Below the pieces are notes generated by a model. The model had not been told where the DNA came from. It saw nothing but the letters and a program-made list of their open reading frames with translations, and did not search any database. The position numbers and the translations under genes were made by a program. A stretch of DNA of 32,945 nt from Cyclobacteriaceae bacterium (GTDB lineage Bacteria > Bacteroidota > Bacteroidia > Cytophagales > JAAEPT01). Below are positions 15,089 through 23,996 of this stretch, piece after piece (position 1 is the stretch's first letter; each line of letters begins with the position of its first letter). Where the stretch lies: NCBI GenBank assembly GCA_045106295.1, contig JBGCEI010000005.1:1-32945 (forward strand), given 5' to 3'.

Positions 15089-16057
15089 TTGTCAGCATTT
15101 ATTAAAAATATAGAAAAGAATACAGGTAAAATCACTTTTACTCATTTTTTAGGTGCTTCTTTTACAGTAGTACCTAGTAAAGGTGGCATTATCAACGAAT
15201 TGATTTTTATCTTTAATGATAAAAAATATTCGGTGATCGACGGGTACTCTGATTCGATAGATGTTTCAGATGGATATAAAAGTGCCTTATTATTACCATT
15301 TCCTAATAGGACAAATAAAGGAAAGTATAATTTCAATAAAGTTGGTTACCAATTGCCTATTAATGAAGATAGAATGGGTAGTAACGGTCAAGAAATACAG
15401 CACGCACTACATGGGTTGGTATTTAATCAAGAATGGAAAATAACTAATGAAGAAATAACCGAACATACCGTTTCTATTACTATTTCACATGTATTTAATG
15501 GAATATCAAGTTATCCATTCTGTTTTGTAACTGATGTAAACTATACTTTTGATGTTGAGAACAATACCTTAACGACATCAACAAGTGTTCATAATAAGTC
15601 GACAACGTCCATTCCTATTGGACTTGGTTTTCACCCTTATTTTAAAATAAATAATACTTCGGTTAATGATTTAACACTCAAATTTGATGAGGTAAATCAT
15701 TTGTTGTTGGATGAGTATGCTATTCCAACAGGGGAGAGAAAAGAATATTCAGAATTTAAAAAAGGTAAAAGAATGTCTGATTTGGAGTTAGATGACTCGT
15801 ATGCATTAAAGGCACAGACAAACGATTCTTTTGTTGTATCAATTGCTAATCAGGAAGTTAGTCTAGCTGTAACACAAGAAACGGGTAATCAAAAATTTAA
15901 CTTTTTACAATTGTACACACCACCACATCGAAAATCTATTGCAATAGAACCGATGACGTGTGGCGTAGACGCATTGAATACAGGAGACGGATTAATCGAA
16001 TTAGAACCGAATACTTCTTTTTCAGCAACTTATACCATTCAACTACTTACTAACTAA
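15089..16057 (+). CDS. Aldose 1-epimerase family protein (mutarotase-like)
   Basis: 322 aa. LHGLV...W, GFHPYF and IEPMT motifs of the aldose-epimerase superfamily. TTG start 3 nt after the galE stop, with no alternative ATG nearby. Lies inside the gal operon. Confidence 0.75.
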   Translation: MSAFIKNIEKNTGKITFTHFLGASFTVVPSKGGIINELIFIFNDKKYSVIDGYSDSIDVSDGYKSALLLPFPNRTNKGKYNFNKVGYQLPINEDRMGSNGQEIQHALHGLVFNQEWKITNEEITEHTVSITISHVFNGISSYPFCFVTDVNYTFDVENNTLTTSTSVHNKSTTSIPIGLGFHPYFKINNTSVNDLTLKFDEVNHLLLDEYAIPTGERKEYSEFKKGKRMSDLELDDSYALKAQTNDSFVVSIANQEVSLAVTQETGNQKFNFLQLYTPPHRKSIAIEPMTCGVDALNTGDGLIELEPNTSFSATYTIQLLTN

Positions 16058-16067
16058 TATTTATATT

Positions 16068-17747
16068 ATGAATTTTGAATTGATAGATTACGTCATTTTT
16101 GTTCTTTACTGCCTAACCATTATTGGAATAGGTTTATGGGTCTCTAAAGGAGAAAAAGGAGTCGAAAAAACATCTGAAGATTATTTTTTAGCGAGTAAAT
16201 CATTACCATGGTGGGCGATAGGAGCGTCATTAATAGCAGCAAATATTTCGGCAGAACAATTTATTGGAATGTCGGGGTCTGGTTTCGCTCTAGGGTTAGG
16301 AATTGCATCTTATGAATGGATGTCGGCCATTACATTGATTGTAGTCGGTAAATACTTCCTCCCTATTTTTATTGAAAAGGGGCTGTACACTATTCCAGAT
16401 TTTATCGAAAAAAGATACAGCAAGAATTTGAAGTCTATTTTAGCCGTTTTCTGGTTGATATTATTCGTATTTGTGAACCTTACATCGGTACTTTATTTAG
16501 GTGCAAAAGCGTTAGATACTATTATAGGCACAGGTGATGGAAGTTATGTGGTGGGAGCCATTATTGGATTAGCTTTATTTGCAGCAGCGTATTCTTTGTA
16601 TGGAGGACTTTCAGCAGTAGCTTGGACAGATGTATTTCAAGTAGTTTTATTAGTAGCAGGAGGTATTATTACCACATTTATTGCCTTAGATCATTTAACG
16701 CCAGATGGAGGAATCATTGATGGATTCAAACATTTAATGGAGGTTGCTCCAGAGAAATTTTCTATGATTCTCTCCGAAGGGGAAATAATAACACCAGATG
16801 GAAAAGATGCTTATTTCGATTTACCAAGCCTTTCTGTTTTGATAGGAGGTATGTGGGTAGCGAACCTGTATTATTGGGGATTCAATCAGTACATTATTCA
16901 ACGAACCTTAGCTGCTAAGAGTGTGAAAGAATCACAGAAAGGAATTATTTTCGCAGGTTTTATGAAAATGATTATTCCTTTAATAGTTGTTGTACCAGGT
17001 ATTATTGCCTTTGTAATGTACGCTCAGCCAGAAGGGACTTCGATTATTGCAGGTGTTACAAATGCTTTTACAGGAGGGAATGGTCAAGTAATGAACGATA
17101 ATGCTTACCCATGGTTGATTAGTGAATTTGTGCCAGCAGGATTAAAAGGGTTGGTAGTAGCTGCTTTAACAGCCGCCATTGTTTCTTCAGTAGCTTCTAT
17201 GTTGAATTCGACAGCCACCATTTTCACGATGGATATCTACAAAGAATACATTAATAAAAACTCTAGTGAGAATAGTTTGGTGACTACTGGTAGATTGTCA
17301 GCATTAGCAGCTTTGATAATAGCTGTTCCTACGGCGTTTAGTTTAAGTAGCTTAGGACAAGTATTTCAGTTTATCCAAGAGTGGACAGGAGTGGTAAGTC
17401 CAGGTATTTTAGTGGTATTTATGTTAGGGTTGTTCTGGAAGAAGACAACTAATAAAGCAGCTATTATTGGAGTAATAGCATCTGTAGTATTTGGCGTAGG
17501 TATGAAACTAATGATGGCTAACGGAATGGAGATTCATTGGCTAAAAGCATGGATGCATCAAGTAGAATTGATTGCTTTATTTACATTAATAGTAATGGTG
17601 CTAGTTAGCTATATGCAAAATAAAGGCGAAGACGACGCAAAAGGAATCGATTTAGGAGGCGATTTATTCAAAACAGATAAGGTGTTCAATATTGCTGCAC
17701 TAGTGATTATTGTTATGACGGTAACGCTGTATGTTATCTTTTGGTAG
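16068..17747 (+). CDS. Sodium:solute symporter family sugar transporter (SGLT-like)
   Basis: 559 aa and about 13-14 TM helices. N-terminal YFLASKSLPWWAIGASLIAANISAEQFIGMSG and a central GFNQYIIQR are typical of SSS/SGLT transporters. Substrate (galactose/glucose) is inferred from operon context only. Confidence 0.9.
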   Translation: MNFELIDYVIFVLYCLTIIGIGLWVSKGEKGVEKTSEDYFLASKSLPWWAIGASLIAANISAEQFIGMSGSGFALGLGIASYEWMSAITLIVVGKYFLPIFIEKGLYTIPDFIEKRYSKNLKSILAVFWLILFVFVNLTSVLYLGAKALDTIIGTGDGSYVVGAIIGLALFAAAYSLYGGLSAVAWTDVFQVVLLVAGGIITTFIALDHLTPDGGIIDGFKHLMEVAPEKFSMILSEGEIITPDGKDAYFDLPSLSVLIGGMWVANLYYWGFNQYIIQRTLAAKSVKESQKGIIFAGFMKMIIPLIVVVPGIIAFVMYAQPEGTSIIAGVTNAFTGGNGQVMNDNAYPWLISEFVPAGLKGLVVAALTAAIVSSVASMLNSTATIFTMDIYKEYINKNSSENSLVTTGRLSALAALIIAVPTAFSLSSLGQVFQFIQEWTGVVSPGILVVFMLGLFWKKTTNKAAIIGVIASVVFGVGMKLMMANGMEIHWLKAWMHQVELIALFTLIVMVLVSYMQNKGEDDAKGIDLGGDLFKTDKVFNIAALVIIVMTVTLYVIFW

Positions 17748-17781
17748 TCACCTTTTTTTTAATTAGAACAATACCCTAATT

Positions 17782-18933
17782 ATGATGTATCAAGAACTTA
17801 AGGATAAATTCAAGCAACTATTTAATGCTGATCCGGCTTTGTATGCTTCTCCAGGAAGAGTAAATCTTATTGGAGAACACACCGACTACAACGACGGTTT
17901 TGTGTTACCTGCTGCTATTGATAAAAAAGCTGTATTTGCTATTCATTCAAATGGGATGAATGTATGTAGACTACATGCACATGACTTGGACGCTTCTTAT
18001 GAAGTTGATTTATCTCAACTAGAAGTTACTGAAGAGGAAACGTGGGCTAATTACTTAATAGGGGTAATAGCTCAATTCAAAAAAGTTAATCAGGAGATTA
18101 AAGGGTTTGATTGCGTGTTTTCAAGCACCGTTCCTTTAGGAGCAGGTTTGTCTTCTTCCGCAGCTATTGAGTGTGGGTTAGCCTATGCATTAAATGATTT
18201 GTTTAATCATGGAAATGACCGACTGACATTAGTTAAAATGGCACAAAAGGCTGAACATGAGTACGCTGGCGTACAGTGTGGGATCATGGATCAGTATGCT
18301 AGTGTATTTGGTAAAGAGGGACATTTAATCAAATTAGACTGTAGATCTCATCAACACGAGTACATTCCATTTGATTTACCAGACTATAAATTAGTGTTGG
18401 TAAATACGATGGTAACACATTCTTTGGCTTCTTCAGAATACAATACGAGAAGGTTAGAATGTGAGGAAGGCGTTGACGTATTAAAAAAGCATTACCCTGA
18501 AATCAAAAACCTTCGTGATGTGTCGGTAGATATGTTGGAGAAACATAAAGACGAGTTTCAAGGGAAAGTATTTGACCGATGTTGGTATGTGGTGAATGAA
18601 GAAGTTCGTGTAGAATCAGCCTGTAAAGACTTGAAAAATAATAAGCCAAAAGCCTTTGGCGAAAAAATGTATGCGACTCATGAAGGACTAAGTAAGCGGT
18701 ACGAAGTGAGTTGTAAAGAATTAGATTTTTTAGTAGAAGAAGCTAAAAAAAACGATCAAGTATTAGGCGCTAGAATGATGGGCGGCGGCTTTGGTGGCTG
18801 TACTATTAATTTAGTAAATGATACGGGAGTAGAAGAGTTTGTAGCTAATATTGACTTAGCCTATCAAGCTGCTTACCAAGTGAAACCAGAAATTTACATT
18901 GCTCAAATAGCAGAAGGCGCTACTAAACTGTAA
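17782..18933 (+). CDS. galK: Galactokinase
   Basis: 383 aa. Galactokinase signature GRVNLIGEHTDYNDGFVLP. GHMP motif PLGAGLSSSAA. C-terminal GGGFGGC. Confidence 0.96.
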   Translation: MMYQELKDKFKQLFNADPALYASPGRVNLIGEHTDYNDGFVLPAAIDKKAVFAIHSNGMNVCRLHAHDLDASYEVDLSQLEVTEEETWANYLIGVIAQFKKVNQEIKGFDCVFSSTVPLGAGLSSSAAIECGLAYALNDLFNHGNDRLTLVKMAQKAEHEYAGVQCGIMDQYASVFGKEGHLIKLDCRSHQHEYIPFDLPDYKLVLVNTMVTHSLASSEYNTRRLECEEGVDVLKKHYPEIKNLRDVSVDMLEKHKDEFQGKVFDRCWYVVNEEVRVESACKDLKNNKPKAFGEKMYATHEGLSKRYEVSCKELDFLVEEAKKNDQVLGARMMGGGFGGCTINLVNDTGVEEFVANIDLAYQAAYQVKPEIYIAQIAEGATKL

Positions 18934-19000
18934 ACAGTTTAGTAATGAAATAATTAAAAAAAAAATGAATAATTAAGTTGGGAAGTAACGAGGTATTAAA

Positions 19001-19035
19001 GTCTTGATACTTGCTACTTGATACTAATTACTAAA
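19001..19035 (+). repeat. Heptanucleotide array TACTTGN (5 units) directly upstream of the galT start
   Basis: gtcttga/tacttgc/tacttga/tactaat/tactaaa, then aaat, then the ATG at 19040. The reverse complement resembles the tatcagg/tatcaag units at 50-63. Confidence 0.75.
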
Positions 19036-19039
19036 AAAT

Positions 19040-20080
19040 ATGTTTAATCCTGAAGATCATCCGCATAGGCGTTACAATCCATTAAGTGGAGAATGGGTAT
19101 TGGTTTCACCACATAGAGCCAAAAGACCTTGGCAAGGGCAAGTAGAAAAGTTAAATGAGGAAGTACGTCCTGCGTATGACGAGAAATGTTACTTATGTCC
19201 AGGAAATGAACGGATAGGAGGGGAGGCAAACCCTGCTTACGACTCTACGTTTATCTTTACGAATGATTTTGCAGCCTTACGATCAGATGGTCCTGATGGA
19301 GGAATCAATGAAGATGATTTGTTTATTTCTCAAAGTGAAAAAGGGAGTTGTAAAGTAATCTGCTTTTCACCTCGTCACGACCTTACTATTCCAGAAATGG
19401 AAGTAGTAGATATTAAGAAAGTGGTTGATCTGTGGCAAAAAGAGTACCGAGAACTCGGTGAACTAGACTACGTAAACCACATTCAAATCTTTGAAAATAA
19501 AGGAAGTATGATGGGCTGTAGTAACCCGCATCCACATGGTCAAATTTGGTCACAGAGTACCGTTCCAGGTCATGTAGCTAAGGAACAAGAGAATCAAAAG
19601 GCGTATTATGAAAAACACAACAGTAGCCTCTTAGGAGATTATGTGAAAAAAGAGCTAGAAAAGGAGACCAGAATACTGGCGCATAACGAACATTTCGTTG
19701 CGCTGGTGCCATTCTGGGCAGTATGGCCTTTTGAAGCGATGATTGTTAGTAAAAGACATGTTCAACATTTGGGCCAATTATCTGAGGAAGAAAAAACTGG
19801 TTTAGCAGATATGTACAAGCAATTAGCTATTATGTACGACAACCTATTTGAGATTTCATTTCCTTATTCAGCAGGAATACATCAGGCACCTACTGATGGG
19901 AAAGACTATCCAGAGTGGCATTTTCACATGCACTTTTATCCGCCATTGTTACGTTCAGCAACTGTAAAGAAATTTATGGTAGGCTATGAAATGTTAGGTG
20001 ATCCTCAACGAGATATTACAGCTGAAACAAGTGCTCAACGATTAAGAGAACTTCCAAAGAAGCATTACAAATCAAAGTAA
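19040..20080 (+). CDS. galT: Galactose-1-phosphate uridylyltransferase
   Basis: 346 aa. CYLCPGNER zinc motif. Active-site HPHGQIW (His-Pro-His). Second half-site with [11 protein letters not shown]. Confidence 0.96.
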   Translation: MFNPEDHPHRRYNPLSGEWVLVSPHRAKRPWQGQVEKLNEEVRPAYDEKCYLCPGNERIGGEANPAYDSTFIFTNDFAALRSDGPDGGINEDDLFISQSEKGSCKVICFSPRHDLTIPEMEVVDIKKVVDLWQKEYRELGELDYVNHIQIFENKGSMMGCSNPHPHGQIWSQSTVPGHVAKEQENQKAYYEKHNSSLLGDYVKKELEKETRILAHNEHFVALVPFWAVWPFEAMIVSKRHVQHLGQLSEEEKTGLADMYKQLAIMYDNLFEISFPYSAGIHQAPTDGKDYPEWHFHMHFYPPLLRSATVKKFMVGYEMLGDPQRDITAETSAQRLRELPKKHYKSK

Positions 20081-20104
20081 TTAGGTAATTCTATTTACTA
20101 AACT

Positions 20105-20136
20105 AAAAAAGCTCACAGATTCTGTGAGCTTTTTTT
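20105..20136. terminator. Bidirectional rho-independent terminator between convergent galT and the NTF2-like gene
   Basis: AAAAAA, then gctcacag (20111-20118), loop att, ctgtgagc (20122-20129), then TTTTTTT. A-run and T-run flanks make it usable on both strands. Confidence 0.8.
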
Positions 20137-20157
20137 ATGCTTTTTGTTTTTCTGAAT

Positions 20158-20520
20158 TTATACTGAGTAAAAGAATTGCTCAGACACAATTTTACCGTCT
20201 TTTACCTTGTATAAGGCAATTTCTTCGTCTTTGGCTCTTTCTCTACCTTTCATTTTTAGGTCCATTACCATTGAACAAGAAAAATGATCACCAGCAACTA
20301 CTGGTTCACTTACTTCCATTCCATGAAACTCCTCTACCATACCTTCCCATTTTTCTCCTTTTGCTTTAATAGCGTCCATACCTTCTGACTTTGCTGGAAA
20401 ACCTTGCCCTTCCATTTCAATACTGACTATATCTTGTGAATAAAGCTCTTTTTGTGCTTCCTCCCATTTTCCTTCTCTACAATATGTTACTAGTTTATTT
20501 GCTACTTCTTGAGTTGTCAT
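20158..20520 (-). CDS. SnoaL-like / nuclear transport factor 2 family protein
   Basis: 120 aa. Pattern ...LV.YCREGKWEEAQKELYSQD.VSIE...G..AI.AKGEKW...VEEFHG.EVSEP.VAGD.F......D...KG....DEEIALYKVKDGKIVSEQFFY matches what I recall of small NTF2-fold proteins. No search was run. Confidence 0.6.
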   Translation of the reverse strand: MTTQEVANKLVTYCREGKWEEAQKELYSQDIVSIEMEGQGFPAKSEGMDAIKAKGEKWEGMVEEFHGMEVSEPVVAGDHFSCSMVMDLKMKGRERAKDEEIALYKVKDGKIVSEQFFYSV

Positions 20521-20660
20521 GATTTCTGAATTAGTTAAAATGTAACCTTAATTTAAAAAGAATAGAGTAATTGTAAAAGTGATTCTTAAGTATAGAAAAT
20601 TTTACTTGACCAATTAATTATTGAGAGAACTAAAAAAAGCATTATAAAACGAGATAAATA

Positions 20661-21584
20661 TTATTTTTTAAATAGTGCTAGGCAATATTTTTTAATCTTA
20701 TGAATTTTAATGTAAAGTATCATTTTTTCAATAGTTGAATTTCTTTTAGAATACCATTTCATCACCCCTTTTGCTGCCCCTTGAAAGTGAGTCGAAATTA
20801 TTTTTTTTGTTGATCCATCTTCTAAATATACAAGAACATTATAGTCTACTATCTTTGTATATTTTAATCCTTCGATCATTTTATACTTTTCCCCATTTCC
20901 GTGGTTGGTATTTATGTTAATATTCCCATCAGGTATTATATCATTATGACTATTATAACTATTGTAAACATTTAGAGATTTACTCAAAAAGAAAAGTTTT
21001 AGTTGAGTCATATCGCAAACACCACCTGGTTTGTTTTCTTTTGTATGTATCCTCCATTTATTAGCCAACTCCATAAAAACTTTGTTGTCTACATATGAGT
21101 TTATTAAATAGTCTGTGATACCTTGAAAGGACTTTGATGTATAGAAATTAAATGATGGATTAAAAAAATCACCTTCTTCAGTAGATGAGTCAAACCCTAT
21201 TAAATCATATTTTTTATAGTTCGGTATACTTTTTAAGTAATCATTTAAATTACTATACACTAATACATCACTATCTAAATACCAAAAAGTATTGTACTCT
21301 CTTTGTCGAATAAACTCAGATATTACAAACCATCTTTGATAACAAATAAGCTCAAATTCATATGAGTTTTTTGACATATGAATGTAATAGTTGTCTTCAA
21401 ATTTTTTTGCAGTGTTAAAATAATCACTAATAAAATAGTGGTCTACACCACTAATATTTTTATTAGACTCATCACCAAGAAGTATTATTTTAGCATCTCC
21501 ATTTGATAGTATTAATCTATCTAAAGCTATTCTTAGGTATTCTGGATTTCCTTTGTGTAAGAAAATAATAGGATAACTATTCAT
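20661..21584 (-). CDS. Hypothetical protein, possibly a GT-A fold glycosyltransferase (DxD motif)
   Basis: 307 aa. Rossmann-like start (YPIIFLHKGNPEYL). FWYLDSDVLVY supplies a DxD motif in the expected place. Markedly AT-rich: 19/60 and 12/60 G+C in the lines starting at 20881 and 20941. The functional call is weak. Confidence 0.35.
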   Translation of the reverse strand: MNSYPIIFLHKGNPEYLRIALDRLILSNGDAKIILLGDESNKNISGVDHYFISDYFNTAKKFEDNYYIHMSKNSYEFELICYQRWFVISEFIRQREYNTFWYLDSDVLVYSNLNDYLKSIPNYKKYDLIGFDSSTEEGDFFNPSFNFYTSKSFQGITDYLINSYVDNKVFMELANKWRIHTKENKPGGVCDMTQLKLFFLSKSLNVYNSYNSHNDIIPDGNININTNHGNGEKYKMIEGLKYTKIVDYNVLVYLEDGSTKKIISTHFQGAAKGVMKWYSKRNSTIEKMILYIKIHKIKKYCLALFKK

Positions 21585-21669
21585 TTCTTAACTATTTAAT
21601 GTCTTTTGTTTGTTTTAATATCTCTTAATAAGTATAAAAAGGATTGGTATTAAAATAGATTGTAACTTC

Positions 21670-22647
21670 CTATTGTCTTATCATCAACGCATATTCCTTA
21701 GCAAAATAAGTCAAGATAATATCAGCACCTGCACGCTTAATGCTGGTGAGTATTTCTATCATTGCTTGTTCGCCATCTATCCATCCTTTTTCGGCAGCTG
21801 CTTTTACCATCGCATATTCACCACTAATGTTGTAAGCAGCAATGGGTAGAGTAGAATTTTGTTTTAAGATGTGAATAATATCTAAATAGGCTAAAGCAGG
21901 TTTTACCATTAAAAAATCAGCTCCTTCCTGAGTATCTAATTCAGCTTCTAATAACGCTTCTGTACTATTTCGGTAATCCATTTGATAGGTCTTTTTATCG
22001 CCACTTTTTGGTGAAGAATCCAAGGCATCTCTAAATGGTCCGTAAAAGCTACTTGCATACTTAGCTGAATAAGACATAATAGCCACATCTGTAAACCCAT
22101 TTTTATCTAATACCTTTCTAATGTAACCTACTCGTCCGTCCATCATGTCAGATGGTCCCAGTAGTTTAGCTCCAGCTTTTGCCTGAGCTAATGCCATGTG
22201 ACCAAGGATTTCTAATGTCTCGTCATTAAGTATGTTATCATCTTCTACTAAACCATCATGCCCATCGCTGCTGTATGGATCCATGGCAATGTCTGTTAGT
22301 AGGAAAATGTCAGTAAAGCGTTCGTGTATTGTTTTTAATGCAGTTAAATACAAACCTTCAGGGTTCATTCCTTCACTAGCAAAGCGATCTTTCTTTTCTT
22401 CACTGATAGCAGGAAAGAGTGCAAACCCTTTAATTCCTAAGTCGAGGCATTCTTGGATTTCTTCTACTAACAGGTCTAGTGAATACCTGAAAATACCAGG
22501 CATAGAATCAATCTCTATTTTTTGATTACTCCCTTCAATAAGAAAAAGAGGAAAGATAAAGTCGTTAAGCGAAATCGTAGTTTCTGCTACTAATTCTCTA
22601 GTGGCGAATGTGGTTCTATTCCTTCTAGGTCTCTGTGTATTCAACAT
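21670..22647 (-). CDS. hemB: Porphobilinogen synthase (delta-aminolevulinate dehydratase)
   Basis: 325 aa, with conserved PBGS blocks throughout. The metal-site segment reads DIAMDPYSSDGHDG, which is the aspartate-rich (non-zinc) variant rather than the Cys-rich DxCxCxY...GHCG. Confidence 0.95.
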   Translation of the reverse strand: MLNTQRPRRNRTTFATRELVAETTISLNDFIFPLFLIEGSNQKIEIDSMPGIFRYSLDLLVEEIQECLDLGIKGFALFPAISEEKKDRFASEGMNPEGLYLTALKTIHERFTDIFLLTDIAMDPYSSDGHDGLVEDDNILNDETLEILGHMALAQAKAGAKLLGPSDMMDGRVGYIRKVLDKNGFTDVAIMSYSAKYASSFYGPFRDALDSSPKSGDKKTYQMDYRNSTEALLEAELDTQEGADFLMVKPALAYLDIIHILKQNSTLPIAAYNISGEYAMVKAAAEKGWIDGEQAMIEILTSIKRAGADIILTYFAKEYALMIRQ

Positions 22648-22651
22648 GTGT

Positions 22652-22682
22652 CAAAACTAGTTGCCCCAAGGTCAAATTCCAA
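22652..22682 (-). promoter_or_regulatory. Candidate hemB promoter (-33 TTG / 20 nt / -7 TAGTTTTG) ending 4 nt before the ATG
   Basis: The minus strand reads TTG-gaatttgaccttggggcaac-TAGTTTTG-acac-ATG. It fits the TTG/TAnnTTTG consensus. The geometry implies a very short or absent leader. Confidence 0.35.
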
Positions 22683-22871
22683 ATTCAAAAAAAAACAAAT
22701 TTCAAAAATGAAAAATAGAGATGGTCTTTGGGGTATGAGGACGAAATAACAAATAACAAAATTCAAACTCCTAATTCTAAAATCCTAAATCAAAATTCTT
22801 AAAATATATTGTCTAATGTCTTAAATCTAAAGTCTACTGTCTCATAATCTCAAAATCACTATCTTTAAAAA
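22664..22871 (+). repeat. Array of about 30 tandem degenerate heptanucleotide units in one register, filling the hemB/ansA divergent spacer up to the ansA ATG
   Basis: ccccaag/gtcaaat/tccaaat/tcaaaaa/aaaacaa/atttcaa/aaatgaa/aaataga/gatggtc/tttgggg/tatgagg/acgaaat/aacaaat/aacaaaa/ttcaaac/tcctaat/tctaaaa/tcctaaa/tcaaaat/tcttaaa/atatatt/gtctaat/gtcttaa/atctaaa/gtctact/gtctcat/aatctca/aaatcac/tatcttt/aaaaa, then the ATG at 22872. RTCT recurs every 7 nt at 22811, 22818, 22825, 22832 and 22839. Confidence 0.85.
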
Positions 22872-23936
22872 ATGTATGCTATTGAGAAAATACTGTTGCA
22901 ACAAACTACTAAACCAACTACTTCTATTTTGGTTATTTACACAGGAGGGACGTTTGGGATGCAATACGATGAGGATGGACAGCTAAAGGCTTCATTTAAC
23001 TTTATGAGTTTAGAGGAGGACCTTCCTGAAATCAATCGTTTGCCAGTAGAATTGTCTATTTTACAAATGCCTCATTTGATTGATTCTTCTGATATGTCAC
23101 CTGCCTATTGGTTGTCTTTGGTTGATATTATTAAACAATATCAGGCAGATTATGATGCTTTCATTATTTTACATGGAACAGATACGATGTCGTACACTGC
23201 TTCCGTCTTGAGCTTTTTGATTCAGTCTTTCCCTAAACCTATTATTTTAACAGGTGCGTTATTGCCCTTAGGGGCAGTAAGAAATGATGCTCGGGAAAAT
23301 CTGATTACTTCCATTGAATTAGCTACAACCAAAAGAGAAAATGGAAAAGCTGCTATTCAAGAAGTAGTGATTTGTTTTAATAACGAGATTATCCGTGGAA
23401 ACCGTTCTACAAAGGTGAATACGGATCATTTTGATGCCTTTGAATCGCCTAATTATCCATTATTGGCAGAAAGCGGTGCTGAAATCATTATTTACGATGA
23501 CGCTCAATTACAGATTGAACCCAAGGAACCTGTATTCCTTTCAGGAATGGAAGAGAATGTATTCTTGATTAGGCTTTTTCCAGGGATTCCGCAAAATGTA
23601 TTAGATGGAGTGTTAGCTATGAAGTTGAAAGGTTTAGTGATAGAAACGTATGGGAATGGTAATATGAGCTCTGAGGCTCGAATAAAGGAATGGGCAAGAG
23701 AGTTGGTGAAACAAGGGGTGTTGGTAGTCTCTATTTCTCAATGTATGCAGGGAACAGTGGAGCAAGGAAAGTACGAAGCAAGCCGTTGGTTGGATCAAAT
23801 AGGTGTAGTAGACGGTAAGGATATGACTGCCGAAGGGGCGCTTACAAAAATGATGATCGTATTAGGAAATTACCCTGTTGAAAACAATAAAGACTATTTC
23901 TTACAATCCATTTGTGGGGAAATAACAATTTCTTAA
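22872..23936 (+). CDS. ansA: L-asparaginase, type I (cytoplasmic)
   Basis: 354 aa. N-terminal IYTGGTFGM (the TGGT active-site motif), then HGTDTM. Length and lack of a signal peptide fit type I. Confidence 0.9.
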   Translation: MYAIEKILLQQTTKPTTSILVIYTGGTFGMQYDEDGQLKASFNFMSLEEDLPEINRLPVELSILQMPHLIDSSDMSPAYWLSLVDIIKQYQADYDAFIILHGTDTMSYTASVLSFLIQSFPKPIILTGALLPLGAVRNDARENLITSIELATTKRENGKAAIQEVVICFNNEIIRGNRSTKVNTDHFDAFESPNYPLLAESGAEIIIYDDAQLQIEPKEPVFLSGMEENVFLIRLFPGIPQNVLDGVLAMKLKGLVIETYGNGNMSSEARIKEWARELVKQGVLVVSISQCMQGTVEQGKYEASRWLDQIGVVDGKDMTAEGALTKMMIVLGNYPVENNKDYFLQSICGEITIS

Positions 23937-23996
23937 CTTTGGGAACTTGGATATTCCTTGGAATAGCAGGTATTTTGTTCTTCGTTAAGAACAGAC

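Noticed and set aside
15142-15443. ORFs 15142-15336 (-) and 15261-15443 (+) inside the aldose-epimerase-family gene
   Set aside because: Both are out-of-frame or antisense overlaps with a gene that sits in a coherent gal operon. Their translations have no features.
19044-19229. Minus-strand ORF antisense to the galT 5' end
   Set aside because: Shadow ORF inside galT.
20124-20369. Plus-strand 81-aa ORF starting inside the galT terminator
   Set aside because: It begins within the terminator hairpin and T-run and runs antisense through the NTF2-like gene. The translation is L/F-rich and low-complexity.
22232-22525. Plus-strand ORF antisense to hemB
   Set aside because: Shadow ORF inside a canonical hemB.
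22664-22871. CRISPR array or classical microsatellite interpretation of the heptamer tracts
   Set aside because: The units are 7 nt, contiguous and degenerate, with no 25-40-nt repeats separated by unique spacers and no cas genes. They are also not perfect tandem copies, as in phase-variable microsatellites.
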